Positions 26,418 through 36,638 are shown, numbered from the stretch's first letter. The stretch: 64,000 bases of DNA from an uncultured bacterium (GCA_963801165.1 CAWDDT010000003.1:64001-128000); one strand, 5' to 3'. A program made the numbers and translations. The notes: generated by a model from the letters alone, not told the origin.

Positions 26418-28967
26418 GTGACTAACTTGGTGAGCCGGGGCAAGCTGAAGGTGTTTCTGGGTGCCGCCCCCGGCGTCGGCAAGACCTTTGCCATGCTCGA
26501 GGAGGGGCATCGTCTGCGTGACGAGGGCCGCGACGTCGCAGTCGGGTACGTCGAACCGCATGGCCGCATCGAGACGGCGGCCGTGATCCGCGACCTCGAG
26601 GTGGTCCCCAGGCGGTCGATCTCATATCAGGGCGCGTTGTTCGAGGAGATGGATCTCGACGCCGTGCTCGCCCGCAAGCCGGGGGTGGCCATTGTCGACG
26701 AGCTTGCCCACGGCAATGCTCCCGGCTCCCGGAACGAGAAGCGATGGCAGGACGTGGACGAGCTCCTGGATGCCGGCATCGACGTGCTGTCGACCCTCAA
26801 CATCCAGAACCTCGAGTCTCTCAACGACGTCGTTCGGGAGATCACCAATGTCGCGCAAGGGGATACGATGCCTGATGAGGTGGTGCGCCGGGCGGCGGAG
26901 ATCGAACTGGTCGACCTCACCCAGGAGGGAGTTCGGGAGCGTCTGGCGGCAGGCAAGATATATCCCGCGGAGCGAATCGACGCCGCCATGGCCGACTACT
27001 TCCGGCCGGGAAACCTCGGTGCGCTCAGAGAGCTCGCCCTCTCGTGGACCGCCGATCGTGTCGACGAGGCAGTGGCTGAGTATCGCAGCCGGCACGGCAT
27101 CGACCAGCCGTGGGAGACCAAGGAACGCGTGGTGGTCGCCATAACCGGAGCCCAGGGCAGCGAGGCAGTCGTACGCCGGGCAGCCCGGCTGGCGATGCGG
27201 TCACGGGCCGATCTGGTCGGAGTGCACGTACGTCCCACCGCCGGGCTCACCGACGAAACGAGCAGCGCTCTATCTGCGCTCGTCGAGCTCGTCCAGCAGC
27301 TCGGCGGCCGGTACCACGAGCTCGTCGGCGACGACGTGGGAACTACGCTCGTGGCGTTTGCCCGTGACGAGAATGCCACCCAGATCGTTCTCGGCGCCTC
27401 TCGCCGGTCCAGGTTCGATGAGCTGTTTCGCGGATCTCCGATCGCAAAGGTCATCCGCAATGCCGGCGACATCGACGTGCACGTCATCTCATACCAGGGA
27501 GCGAGTGAGCCGGGTTCCCCGCGCCGGCGGCGCACCGAGCCGATCAGTGGTCGGCGCCGGGTTGTTTCGTGGGTCCTCGTGCTGGCAGGTCTGCCGGTGC
27601 TCACCACACTCCTTACCCCGCTGCGCGACAACCTTGCCTTCCGTGACATCCTTCTCATCTATCTGCTGGCGGCCGTCGCCATCGCGGTTGTCGGGGGCGT
27701 GTTTCCGGCCGGAGCGGCCGCGATCGTCGGGCCGCTGCTCGCCAACTGGTTCTTCGCCCCACCCGTCAACACCTGGACAATCGGTAATCCGGACGACCTG
27801 TTCGCCCTGGTTGTGTTCCTCCTCATCTCGCTTGCCGTCGGTTTGCTCGTCGGTTACAGCAGCAGGAGCAGCGTCGAGGCGAGGAGGGCTCGAGCTCACG
27901 CCGAGGCGCTGGCCGCCACCACCACGAGGGGCCACGCCGTCTCCACTTCAGACCAACACGCGCTTCTCCACCGGGTGACGGAGATCCTCGATCTCGATGC
28001 GGTGAGCGTGATCCGGCGGTCCGGTGGCGAGTGGGAGACGCTCCTCTGGGAGGGATCGAGCGAGCTACGGGCACCGGGCGAGGGTACCGAGAACGTCAAC
28101 GTCACCTCGGACATCATGCTCGTGACGCTTGGGGGCCAGCTGACGACCGACGACCGTACGGTGTTGCGCGCATTCGCCGCTCAGATCGTCCAGGTGATCG
28201 AGCGCGCCGATCTGGAGCGGGAAGCTAAGTCCGCCGAGGCGATGGCCGAGACCGACCGGCTTCGTACGGCCCTCCTCAGCGCGGTGTCGCACGATCTACG
28301 AACCCCGCTGGCGACCATCAAGGCATCGCTCACCAGCCTGGTCGAGACCGGTGTTGCGTGGAGCCCCGAGCAGACCGAAGCGTTCCTGCGCACAGCTCTG
28401 GAGGAGACGGAGCGGCTCAACAGGCTCGTCGGCCACCTGCTCGACGCCAGCCGCGTCCAGGTGGGGGCGGTTCATGTCTTCTACCAGAACGTCGGCCTCG
28501 ACGAGGTGGTGGCGGCCGCGCTGTCCGGGCTGCGTGTCGGCGGGGAGCGCATCATCGTTGACATCTCCGAGACGCTGCCCGAGGTCACCACCGATTCAGA
28601 TTTACTGGAGCGTGCGGTCGCCAACCTCATCGACAACGCCCTGTCCTGGTCGCCACCCGGCGAGGCGGTGCGGATCAGCGCCGGCGAGGTAGCGGGCCGG
28701 ATCGACCTACGGATCAGCGATCGCGGCCCCGGCATCCCTCACGAGGCCCGCGACTCCGTGTTCCTTCCGTTCCAGAGGCTCGGCGATTCCCCGGAGCGGG
28801 GAGGGGTCGGGCTCGGCCTTGCCGTGGCCAGGGGTCTGCTCGAGGCGATGGGCAACGAGCTGACCATCGAGGACACGCCGGGCGGCGGCACGACCATGGT
28901 TATCGGATTCGGCATCGGCACCGGTACGGCGACCATCCCGGCTTTGGGAACACGCGCCCATGGCTGA
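26418..28967 (+). CDS. kdpD: K+-sensing histidine kinase KdpD
   Basis: GKLKVFLGAAPGVGKTFAML, VDELAH, KRWQDV, YFRPGNLGALRELAL, USP domain, 4 TM, SHDLRTPL, GLGLAVA. Confidence 0.95.
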   Translation: MTNLVSRGKLKVFLGAAPGVGKTFAMLEEGHRLRDEGRDVAVGYVEPHGRIETAAVIRDLEVVPRRSISYQGALFEEMDLDAVLARKPGVAIVDELAHGNAPGSRNEKRWQDVDELLDAGIDVLSTLNIQNLESLNDVVREITNVAQGDTMPDEVVRRAAEIELVDLTQEGVRERLAAGKIYPAERIDAAMADYFRPGNLGALRELALSWTADRVDEAVAEYRSRHGIDQPWETKERVVVAITGAQGSEAVVRRAARLAMRSRADLVGVHVRPTAGLTDETSSALSALVELVQQLGGRYHELVGDDVGTTLVAFARDENATQIVLGASRRSRFDELFRGSPIAKVIRNAGDIDVHVISYQGASEPGSPRRRRTEPISGRRRVVSWVLVLAGLPVLTTLLTPLRDNLAFRDILLIYLLAAVAIAVVGGVFPAGAAAIVGPLLANWFFAPPVNTWTIGNPDDLFALVVFLLISLAVGLLVGYSSRSSVEARRARAHAEALAATTTRGHAVSTSDQHALLHRVTEILDLDAVSVIRRSGGEWETLLWEGSSELRAPGEGTENVNVTSDIMLVTLGGQLTTDDRTVLRAFAAQIVQVIERADLEREAKSAEAMAETDRLRTALLSAVSHDLRTPLATIKASLTSLVETGVAWSPEQTEAFLRTALEETERLNRLVGHLLDASRVQVGAVHVFYQNVGLDEVVAAALSGLRVGGERIIVDISETLPEVTTDSDLLERAVANLIDNALSWSPPGEAVRISAGEVAGRIDLRISDRGPGIPHEARDSVFLPFQRLGDSPERGGVGLGLAVARGLLEAMGNELTIEDTPGGGTTMVIGFGIGTGTATIPALGTRAHG

Positions 28968-29661
28968 GGCTTACCGTGTCCTGGTAGTCGACGACGAGCC
29001 GCAGATCGTTCGGGCGCTCGGGATCAACTTGAAAGCACTCGGGTACCGTGTCGACACGGCTGCAACGGGCGAGGACGCCCTACGCATGGCTGCCGACCAT
29101 CGCCCGGACGCGGTGATTCTCGATCTCGGACTCCCCGGCATCGACGGCATCGATGTCATACGCGGACTGCGCGGGTGGACCAACCTCCCCATCATCGTGC
29201 TCTCGGTGCGCGACGCAGAGCGGGAGAAGATCGAGGCGCTCGATGCCGGTGCGGACGATTATGTGACCAAACCGTTCGGGATGGGGGAGTTGCTCGCCCG
29301 GTTGCGTGCGGCTCTGCGCCGCGAGACCGAGGTGGGCGCAGATCAGCCCACCGTCACCACCGATGCCTTCACGATCGACCTGGCGTCAAAACGTGTGCAG
29401 GGGCCAACCGGCGAGGAAATCAGGCTGACCCCAACCGAGTGGGGCATCGTCGAGATGCTGGTGAAGCATCGCGGCAAACTGGTCACCCAGGCTCAGCTCC
29501 TCAAGGAGGTATGGGGGCCGCAGTACGGAGCGGAGACGAACTACCTACGAGTCTTCATGGCGCAGATCCGGCGCAAGCTCGAGCCGCTCCCGAACGCACC
29601 CCGGTACTTCATCACGGAACCGGGGATGGGGTACCGGTTCGAGCTTCCAGCGACGCGCTGA
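28960..29661 (+). CDS. kdpE: Response regulator KdpE
   Basis: VLVVDDEPQI, LDLGLPG, GADDYVTKPF, LTPTEW, YLRVFMAQIRRKLE; overlaps the kdpD 3' end. Confidence 0.95.
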   Translation: MAEAYRVLVVDDEPQIVRALGINLKALGYRVDTAATGEDALRMAADHRPDAVILDLGLPGIDGIDVIRGLRGWTNLPIIVLSVRDAEREKIEALDAGADDYVTKPFGMGELLARLRAALRRETEVGADQPTVTTDAFTIDLASKRVQGPTGEEIRLTPTEWGIVEMLVKHRGKLVTQAQLLKEVWGPQYGAETNYLRVFMAQIRRKLEPLPNAPRYFITEPGMGYRFELPATR

Positions 29662-29672
29662 CAAGCGAACTC

Positions 29673-30152
29673 CTATGCCCCGGCGGCATCGGTTCCGGTC
29701 GGTTTTGCGGTCGTCTTCGCACCGTCCTCGAGAGCCCGTGCGTACTGCATCAGCGTTTGCACCAGGGCCGGGTCGGGTGCGGTGCCGCCCACCAGTCCGT
29801 TCTCGACGCGATCGACAGCAGAGTCGCACTTGTCGAGGACCGTACGGCCAAGCGCGGTGAGACGGGCAGGGTGAATCCTGGCGTGATCGGGTGAGGGAGC
29901 CCGCACCACGAGGCCGCGACTCTCGAGGTAACGAACGATCTCGCTCATGGCCTGCGGGGTCACATATGCCCGCCTTGCCAGCTGGGCGTTGGAGAGTGCA
30001 TCTCTCAACCCGAGCAACGAGAGCACGGTGTAGTGGGCCAGGGTCAGGTCAAACGGGCTGAGTGCCTCCGCCAGGGCCCGGCGCAGGCTTCTTTCCAGGA
30101 AGGCAACGGCATAGCTGAGCCGCGGGAGGTTCTTCGCGTCGGGCGGGCTCAC
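29673..30152 (-). CDS. MarR-family regulator of the hydroxycinnamate cluster (functionally CouR/HcaR-like)
   Basis: SNAQLARRAYVTPQAMSEIV; coupled to the acyl-CoA ligase. Confidence 0.88.
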   Translation of the reverse strand: MSPPDAKNLPRLSYAVAFLERSLRRALAEALSPFDLTLAHYTVLSLLGLRDALSNAQLARRAYVTPQAMSEIVRYLESRGLVVRAPSPDHARIHPARLTALGRTVLDKCDSAVDRVENGLVGGTAPDPALVQTLMQYARALEDGAKTTAKPTGTDAAGA

Positions 30153-31648
30153 GGATAGCGCTCCCGCAACGAGCGCTTGAGGATCTTGCCTGCCCCGCTC
30201 TTGGGGAGATCGTCGGTGAAAACGATCGACTTGGGGAGTTTGTAGCGGGCCAGTCTCTCCTCGAGAAACGCCATCAACTCCTCCTCGGTCACCTTCTCCC
30301 GGAGCACGACGATGGCACGGCCCACCTCACCCCATTGGTCGTTGGGCACCCCGATGACTGCGGCTTCGGCGACTGCCGGGTGAAATAGCAGCGCATCCTC
30401 GATCTCGGCGGGGTAGATGTTCTCGCCGCCCGAGATGATGATGTCCTTCACCCGATCCACGATCGTGTAATAGCCGTCGTCGTCCCTCGTGGCCACATCT
30501 CCCGTGTGGAACCAGCCGTCGTTGAAAGATCGGCTCGTCTCGCCGGGCCGTTGCCAGTAGCCCTTCATCACATTGGGTCCCGCAGCCAGCACCTCGCCGC
30601 GTTCTCCCGCCGCGACGTCCTGCATGGTGGGGTCGACCAGCCGGACGTCGGTGAAGAAGGACGGAACACCGGCGGAGCCGGCCTTGGTGGTCGAGCTCGG
30701 ACCATCGAGGAAGAGCAGGCCCGGAGCGGTCTCGGTCATGCCGTATCCCTGGAGGAACACGATCCCGCGCTCCAGGTAGGTCTCGATCGTCGCCTTTGGA
30801 ACCGGGGCACCGCCGCACATGACCGCCCGGAGGCTCGAGATGTCGGCGTCGGCCCAGGTTTCGGTCTTTGCCATCAAGTTAAACATGGTGGGGACCCCGA
30901 ACATCTGGGTCACCCCGTAGTTCTCGATCAGCTCCAACGCGGCGGTTGGCTCGAAGCCGGGCTGGAGCAGCAGTGTTCCGCCCTTGACGAGAATCGGGAG
31001 GCTGATCATCGCCAGGGCAGCGATGTGGAAGAGCGGGGCGACGATCAGCGCCAGCTCGTCGTGACGCAGGTCGAGATCGATGAGGACGTTTGCGATGTTC
31101 CAGGTGAGATTGCCGTGGGTGAGCATCGCTCCCTTGGGCCGTCCCGTAGTGCCCGACGTGTACATGATGATGGCCACGTCATCGAGTGCAACCTCGTCGT
31201 CGACCCACGTACGGTGGGCCGACTCGATCATCTCGTCCAGCTCTAACCCGGTGGAGATCACTCTGTGCCCTTCGGAGCCTGCGAGGGCGTTGCCGAGCAC
31301 GCCCTCGTGAGTGGGTGCGGCCACGATGACGTCTGCCCCGGAGTCGGAAAGCACGTAGCGGACCTCAGGTGCCGCCAGACGGGTATTGATCGGGACCATG
31401 ATCGCACCGAGCGCCGTTGCCCCGAAGAGCACGTCGAAGTAGGTGGAGTGGTTGGGCCCGAGGTACGCCACCCGATCTCCGGCCCGTATCCCCAGCCCGC
31501 GGAACGCATTGGCGAGCGCCGCGCTGCGGTCGGCAAGCGTCTGGTATGTGATGGTCTGCTCGCCATCTGTGAGGGCAATCCGGTGCGGTGTCATGCGGGC
31601 GCGACGTTGCGGCCAAGATCCCAGTCCTCGGTTCTTGACGATCGGCAT
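30149..31648 (-). CDS. Acyl-CoA ligase, probable feruloyl/p-coumaroyl-CoA synthetase (CouL-like)
   Basis: YTSGTTGRPKG, QGYGMTET, WFHTGD, DRVKDIIISGGENIYPAEIE, GKILK; substrate inferred from context. Confidence 0.88.
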   Translation of the reverse strand: MPIVKNRGLGSWPQRRARMTPHRIALTDGEQTITYQTLADRSAALANAFRGLGIRAGDRVAYLGPNHSTYFDVLFGATALGAIMVPINTRLAAPEVRYVLSDSGADVIVAAPTHEGVLGNALAGSEGHRVISTGLELDEMIESAHRTWVDDEVALDDVAIIMYTSGTTGRPKGAMLTHGNLTWNIANVLIDLDLRHDELALIVAPLFHIAALAMISLPILVKGGTLLLQPGFEPTAALELIENYGVTQMFGVPTMFNLMAKTETWADADISSLRAVMCGGAPVPKATIETYLERGIVFLQGYGMTETAPGLLFLDGPSSTTKAGSAGVPSFFTDVRLVDPTMQDVAAGERGEVLAAGPNVMKGYWQRPGETSRSFNDGWFHTGDVATRDDDGYYTIVDRVKDIIISGGENIYPAEIEDALLFHPAVAEAAVIGVPNDQWGEVGRAIVVLREKVTEEELMAFLEERLARYKLPKSIVFTDDLPKSGAGKILKRSLRERYP

Positions 31649-31670
31649 CGGTCCTCCACTATTCAGGCAA

Positions 31671-31687
31671 TATCATGCTACCTGACA
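31671..31687. promoter_or_regulatory. Putative MarR operator, copy 2
   Basis: TATCATGCTACCTGACA, about 22 nt upstream of the ligase start. Confidence 0.75.
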
Positions 31688-31720
31688 TTCCTGTCACCGG
31701 CAATGGACCAGCCGGGCCGG

Positions 31721-32533
31721 TCAGGTGCGGGAATCCTCCCACCAGGCAGCGGTATCGGCAATGGCGTTGAAGGTGAAGACGTGCAGACCGGCGATGCCGA
31801 GCTCCGACACCACCGGGGTGAGGGCGGCGATGAGTTGGTCGGCGGTGGAGGTGCCACCCCGTATGACCTTGGTGAGCGCATTCCGGTTCTTGCGGAGATA
31901 CCGGAGCGATCGCCCGACACCGATCCTGGCCCCGATCGTCAGGAGTTTGACCGTGTCGACGGCTCCGGCAACACCGAGAAACACAGGCAGATCGACGCCC
32001 GTGGCGCGAATTTCCCGGAGCCAACGCTCGATGGCCCCGGGGTCGAAGCACATTTGGGTTGCGACATACGACGCATAGGGAACCTTGTCGACCAGCGCCT
32101 TCGTCAACTGCGCGCTGGGGATACCCGGATGGCCTTCCGGGTACCCAGTGATACCGATCCGGCGAAAAGGGTGGCCGATCTCATCGAGCGCCTCGAGCAA
32201 TTCCAACGCATCGAAGAAGTCGCCCGGGTCGGCGGCATCTCCTCCAACGACAAAGACCTGGTCGATCCCGGCCGCGCCGAGACGTGCGACGATCTGGCTC
32301 AGCTCGGTTCGTGTTCTCGTTGCGCGTGCCGACAGGTGGGGGACAACGCGGAAACCACGTTCGGCGAGCTGGATGGCAAGATCGACGGTTGGCTGCATTC
32401 CCTTGTCGGGCGACGCCGTTACCGAGACCGAGGAACCCGCCGGCAGGGCGGCTGTCTTGTCGAGCGTGGTCCTCGTCGGGATCACTTCGAAGATGCAGTT
32501 GTCTATGAGCCGGCCGATGTCGTCGCTTGCCAA
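31721..32533 (-). CDS. metF: Methylenetetrahydrofolate reductase (LigM-associated MetF type)
   Basis: VVPHLSAR, FVVGGD, GITGYPEGHP, ATQMCFD, GLHVFTFN; TTG start after GAAAGG. Confidence 0.85.
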   Translation of the reverse strand: MASDDIGRLIDNCIFEVIPTRTTLDKTAALPAGSSVSVTASPDKGMQPTVDLAIQLAERGFRVVPHLSARATRTRTELSQIVARLGAAGIDQVFVVGGDAADPGDFFDALELLEALDEIGHPFRRIGITGYPEGHPGIPSAQLTKALVDKVPYASYVATQMCFDPGAIERWLREIRATGVDLPVFLGVAGAVDTVKLLTIGARIGVGRSLRYLRKNRNALTKVIRGGTSTADQLIAALTPVVSELGIAGLHVFTFNAIADTAAWWEDSRT

Positions 32534-32593
32534 GTGGGGCCTTTCTCTGAAGTCCGTCGGCGATTTGCCATTGCCGTTTGGGTCGATCGGGAA

Positions 32594-32610
32594 TATCATG
32601 CTACCTGATA
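32594..32610. promoter_or_regulatory. Putative MarR operator, copy 3
   Basis: TATCATGCTACCTGATA between divergent metF and ligM; 16/17 identical to copy 2. Confidence 0.8.
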
Positions 32611-32758
32611 ATGCGCGGGTCGGCCGCGGGAACGCTCGCACCATCCAGCCGAGCGCATGTGCCCCCGCAGATGGAGATCCGCAGCCAGCGGGCTGCGGCC
32701 GAGCGATTGCCGTGTTGCCACCGTCGGGTGGTGGGGACGGACAAAGGAGGAGGGAGAC

Positions 32759-34159
32759 ATGACCAACAAGAGTCTCGAGGACGTGCTGTCGGGGGTTGAC
32801 AATCCCGTGCACATGCTGCGCAACTCGCCGATCGGCGCATACGTCTATCCGGTCGTAGCCCCCGAGTTCTCCAACTGGCGCGACGAGCAGAGAGCGTGGC
32901 GAGAGACCGCCGTGCTATACGATCAGTCGCACCACATGGCGGAACTCACCGTTGAGGGGCCCGATGCATACGAGCTGCTGTCGAGCCTGGCCATCAACAG
33001 CTTCGCCAACTTCCCGACCACCAAGGCGAAACACTTCGTTCCATGCAGCTACGACGGGCACGTGATCGGTGACGTGATCCTGTTCCGCCCCAGCGACGAC
33101 AAATTCAACATGGTTGGCCGGGCGCCTACGGTGAACTGGGTCCAATACCACTGTGAGACAGGCGATTGGGACGTGAGCTACGAGCGGGATGACAGGTCAC
33201 CGTCGCGGCCCGGCGACCAGCCGGTGGTGCGTAGGCACTACCGGTACCAGATACAAGGCCCGAACGCACAGAAGATCACCGAGAAGCTCAACGGGGGGCC
33301 GCTCGAGAAGATCAAGTTCTTCAACGTCGGAACGATGATGGTTGCCGGCCGCCAGGTACCGGCGCTTAGACATGGAATGGCCGGCGAACCGGGTGTCGAG
33401 ATCTGGGGCCCATACGCCGAAGGTCCCGAGGTCAAAGCTGCCATCCTCGCCGCAGGAGAAGAGTTCGGTCTCCGCCAGGTTGGAGCTAGGGCGTATGCCA
33501 CCAACACGTTGGAGTCGGGGTGGATCCCGTCACCGCTGCCCGCCGTTTACACAGGTGATCTGATGAAGCCCTACCGGGAGTGGCTGCCGGCCTCGAGCTA
33601 TGAGGCCAGCGGGTCGATCGGCGGGAGCTTCGTGTCCGACAACATAGAGGATTACTACTTGACGCCACATGCGCTCGGTTACGACTTCTATGTCGCGTTC
33701 GACCATGACTTCATCGGCCGCGACGCCCTCGAAGCGATGGCCGACACCCCGCAGCGCAAGAAGGTGACCTTCGAGTGGAATCCGGATGACGTGGTCCGAA
33801 TCTGGGCTTCGCTCTTCAATGCGCCGGGGGAGAACTACAAGTATCTCGACGTGCCGCTGTCGAACTACACGTCTGCCACGTACGACGCCGTCCTCCGTGA
33901 CGGCGAGCTCGTCGGTTTCTCCATGTTCAGCGGGTATACCTCCAACGACCGGGCGTTCATCTCGCTCGGCACGGTGGATCCCGACGTGGAGATTGGAGAC
34001 GAGCTCACGCTGGTCTGGGGTGAGGAAGACGGAGGTACGCAGAAGACCACCGTTGAGCGCCACAAGCAGACCGAGATCCGGGTGCGAGTTGCTCCCACAC
34101 CGTACTCACAGGACGCCAGGGAGGGATACGCCGGCGGTTGGCGGACCGAGAAGGTCTGA
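32759..34159 (+). CDS. ligM: Tetrahydrofolate-dependent vanillate/3-O-methylgallate O-demethylase (GcvT fold)
   Basis: YVYPVVAPEFSNWRDEQRAW, DQSHHM, RAY.TNTLESGWIPSPLPAVY, GSFVSDNIEDYYLTP; SD GGAG before ATG 32759. Confidence 0.93.
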   Translation: MTNKSLEDVLSGVDNPVHMLRNSPIGAYVYPVVAPEFSNWRDEQRAWRETAVLYDQSHHMAELTVEGPDAYELLSSLAINSFANFPTTKAKHFVPCSYDGHVIGDVILFRPSDDKFNMVGRAPTVNWVQYHCETGDWDVSYERDDRSPSRPGDQPVVRRHYRYQIQGPNAQKITEKLNGGPLEKIKFFNVGTMMVAGRQVPALRHGMAGEPGVEIWGPYAEGPEVKAAILAAGEEFGLRQVGARAYATNTLESGWIPSPLPAVYTGDLMKPYREWLPASSYEASGSIGGSFVSDNIEDYYLTPHALGYDFYVAFDHDFIGRDALEAMADTPQRKKVTFEWNPDDVVRIWASLFNAPGENYKYLDVPLSNYTSATYDAVLRDGELVGFSMFSGYTSNDRAFISLGTVDPDVEIGDELTLVWGEEDGGTQKTTVERHKQTEIRVRVAPTPYSQDAREGYAGGWRTEKV

Positions 34160-34354
34160 GCGCGCACGAAAGCTGGAGGCCTGCGACCTTGCCGGCCTCC
34201 AGGCCCGCCGCTTGCGCCGAACCGGCGCGCCCGGCCGACGGGTTACAAGACGGCGTCAGACGAGTTGGATCAGGCTGCGGGCGATATGCACAGCGGTGTC
34301 ACGGTGAAACCGGTAGTCATGTATTGAATTCGTCGATCGTCGCGACGACAGAAG

Positions 34355-34371
34355 TGTCAGGTAACCTGACG
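34355..34371. promoter_or_regulatory. Putative MarR operator, copy 4
   Basis: TGTCAGGTAACCTGACG, about 22 nt upstream of the amidohydrolase start. Confidence 0.7.
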
Positions 34372-34393
34372 CGACCCGGGCAATCGGAGGCAT

Positions 34394-35266
34394 ATGGTTG
34401 ACAGGCTGCATCTCGACGACGTGGTCGCGATCGACATCCACGTTCACATAGAGCTGGGTGCCGATGGGCACGACCATCTCTCTCCCGAGCTACGGGCGGC
34501 CGCCAACCGGTACTTCCGCGGCGACCCCGTGCTTCCCGATGGGCAGGCGGTTGCCGACTATTACCGCGAGCGCAAGATGATGGCGGTTGTCTTTCCCGTA
34601 GACGACGAGCTGACCACCGGCCAGCCCCGGTTGCGCAACGAGGACGTCCTGGCCGCCGCGTCGGCCAATCCGGACGTGCTGATCCCTTTCGCCAGCATCG
34701 ACCCCAGACGCGGGTCTGACGGTGTCGCCGAGGCACGTGATCTGGTTGGCTCCGTGAAAGGATTCAAGTTCCACCCCAACATGCAGCAGTTCCACCCCAA
34801 CGACCCGATTGCCTACCCGCTGTACGAGGTGCTGGCGGAGGCAGGATCGATCGCGCTGTTCCACACTGGTCATAGCGGGATCGGCACCGGTCTCCCGGGC
34901 GGCGGCGGGATCCGGCTCAAATACGGCAACCCGATGGATATCGACGACGTTGCCGTCGATTTCCCCGATCTGCACATTGTGCTGGCGCATCCGTCATTCC
35001 CATGGCAGGACGAAGCCCTTTCTGTCGCGATGCACAAGCCACAGGTCTCGATAGATCTGTCGGGTTGGTCGCCGAAGTACTTCCCACCCCAGTTGGTCCG
35101 CCACGCCGGCTCGATGTTGCAGAAGCAGGTTCTGTTCGGGACCGACTTCCCGCTGATCACCCCGGATCGCTGGCTGGCCGACTTTGCCGCACTCGACGTG
35201 CCTGATGAGGTGCGTCCGCTGATTCTCCGTGAGAACGCCTTCAAGCTGCTTGGCCTCGGTGGATGA
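34394..35266 (+). CDS. Amidohydrolase_2 family, 4-hydroxyphenyl-beta-ketoacyl-CoA hydrolase (CouO-like)
   Basis: IDIHVH, GFKFHP, FHTGHSGIG, AHPSFPWQDEA, DLSGWSPKYFP, LFGTDFP. Confidence 0.88.
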   Translation: MVDRLHLDDVVAIDIHVHIELGADGHDHLSPELRAAANRYFRGDPVLPDGQAVADYYRERKMMAVVFPVDDELTTGQPRLRNEDVLAAASANPDVLIPFASIDPRRGSDGVAEARDLVGSVKGFKFHPNMQQFHPNDPIAYPLYEVLAEAGSIALFHTGHSGIGTGLPGGGGIRLKYGNPMDIDDVAVDFPDLHIVLAHPSFPWQDEALSVAMHKPQVSIDLSGWSPKYFPPQLVRHAGSMLQKQVLFGTDFPLITPDRWLADFAALDVPDEVRPLILRENAFKLLGLGG

Positions 35267-36162
35267 GCGACAGTCTGACGACGATCGTCCCCATCGCCCT
35301 CTTCTTTGTGCTGGGCATCGGGCTGGGCAGGACGGGTCTCGCTTCGCGCCGGGATGGGGAGTTCTTGTTGCGGTTCATCTTCTTCGTGTGTCTCCCGGCG
35401 TTGGTACTCGTCACCGTGTCGGGTGCCGACCTCCCCGCCGGCAAGATCCTGCTGCCGGTAGCTGCCGCGATCACGTCTCTTGTCGGGTTGACCCTGGCCC
35501 GGCTCTACGGTGCCCGGCTCGGGCTGGCTCCTGATCGGCTCGGCGCGGTTGCCCTGAGCGCGATGATCCTCAATACGGCGTTCTGCATCCCCTTCATCCT
35601 CGCCGGCTACGGCGAAGCGGGTCTCACCGACCTGGTTTTGTTCGACCTCGGCAACTCCTTCATGGTCACCCTCGTCGCCTTCCCGCTCGCCTACCGGTTC
35701 GGTGGCCAGGACGCACACCTTCGTGCCGCGTTCCGTCGTGCGCTGACCTCGCCCCTGACCTGGGCTCTTCCGATCGCGCTGATCCTCAATGCAACCAATA
35801 CAGCGTTGCCCCGGCTCGTGCACGGGTTCGTGGCCCCCCTGGGCTCGCTGATCGGCCCTCTGATCCTTATCGCTCTCGGCATCCTGTTCACGCCGTCGCG
35901 CCAGCACCTGGGCCTTGTCACGACCACGGTTGCCCTGAGGATGGTGGGCGGGCTTGTTTTTGGAACCACCCTCGCCGCGTTGTTTGGCTTGAGCGGCGAC
36001 ACAAGGCTTGTAGTGATCATCGGTGCAGCCTCGCCGATCGGCTTCACCGCGCTCACCTTCTCGAGCCTCGCCTCGCTCGATTCCGACATGGCGGCCCGTG
36101 CCGTTTCTGCGTCGCTCCTCATCGGCATCGTCGCCGTGCCGCTTGCAGTGGCGCTCACATGA
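35263..36162 (+). CDS. AEC (auxin efflux carrier) family transporter
   Basis: About 10 TM; IVPIALFFVLG, FIFFVCLPALV, NTAFCIP, PLILIALG; coupled to the amidohydrolase. Confidence 0.8.
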   Translation: MSDSLTTIVPIALFFVLGIGLGRTGLASRRDGEFLLRFIFFVCLPALVLVTVSGADLPAGKILLPVAAAITSLVGLTLARLYGARLGLAPDRLGAVALSAMILNTAFCIPFILAGYGEAGLTDLVLFDLGNSFMVTLVAFPLAYRFGGQDAHLRAAFRRALTSPLTWALPIALILNATNTALPRLVHGFVAPLGSLIGPLILIALGILFTPSRQHLGLVTTTVALRMVGGLVFGTTLAALFGLSGDTRLVVIIGAASPIGFTALTFSSLASLDSDMAARAVSASLLIGIVAVPLAVALT

Positions 36163-36170
36163 GAAGGGTG

Positions 36171-36626
36171 TCAGAACAGGTGGCGGTGGACCACCGTCGC
36201 CACGCAGGCGGGTCGCTCCTGTCCCGCGATCTCGATGACGCAGTCGAGCGTCACTTGCACCCCTGAGGGGACCTCTTTGGCGTCGAGAAGCGAGGCCTTC
36301 AGCCTGATCTTCGAGCCCACCGGGACCGGAGAGGTGAACCGCACTTTGTCGAGGCCGTAGTTGATAGACGTTGTCTTGTTCTCGATGGTCAGCACCTGTT
36401 CGAGCATTGGAATGACCAGTGACAACGTCAGGTATCCGTGGGCGATCGTTGAGCCGAATGGGCCTGCCGCGGCGCGATCCGGGTCACAGTGGATCCACTG
36501 ATGGTCGTCGGTGGCGTCGGCAAACGTGTTGATCCGGTCCTGGGTGATCTCGAGCCACTCGCTCACACCGATCTCCTCGCCGACGAGACCCATCACCTCG
36601 GCAACGCTTCCTGCTGTTCGGGCCAT
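36171..36626 (-). CDS. MaoC-family (R)-enoyl-CoA hydratase (CouM-like)
   Basis: FADATDDHQWIHCD, TIAHGYLTLSL, NYGLDKVRF. Confidence 0.92.
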   Translation of the reverse strand: MARTAGSVAEVMGLVGEEIGVSEWLEITQDRINTFADATDDHQWIHCDPDRAAAGPFGSTIAHGYLTLSLVIPMLEQVLTIENKTTSINYGLDKVRFTSPVPVGSKIRLKASLLDAKEVPSGVQVTLDCVIEIAGQERPACVATVVHRHLF

Positions 36627-36638
36627 CGTGGCTCTCCT

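Noticed and set aside
30149-31648. menE (o-succinylbenzoate-CoA ligase)
   Set aside because: No men genes are nearby; the context and shared operator point to hydroxycinnamate activation
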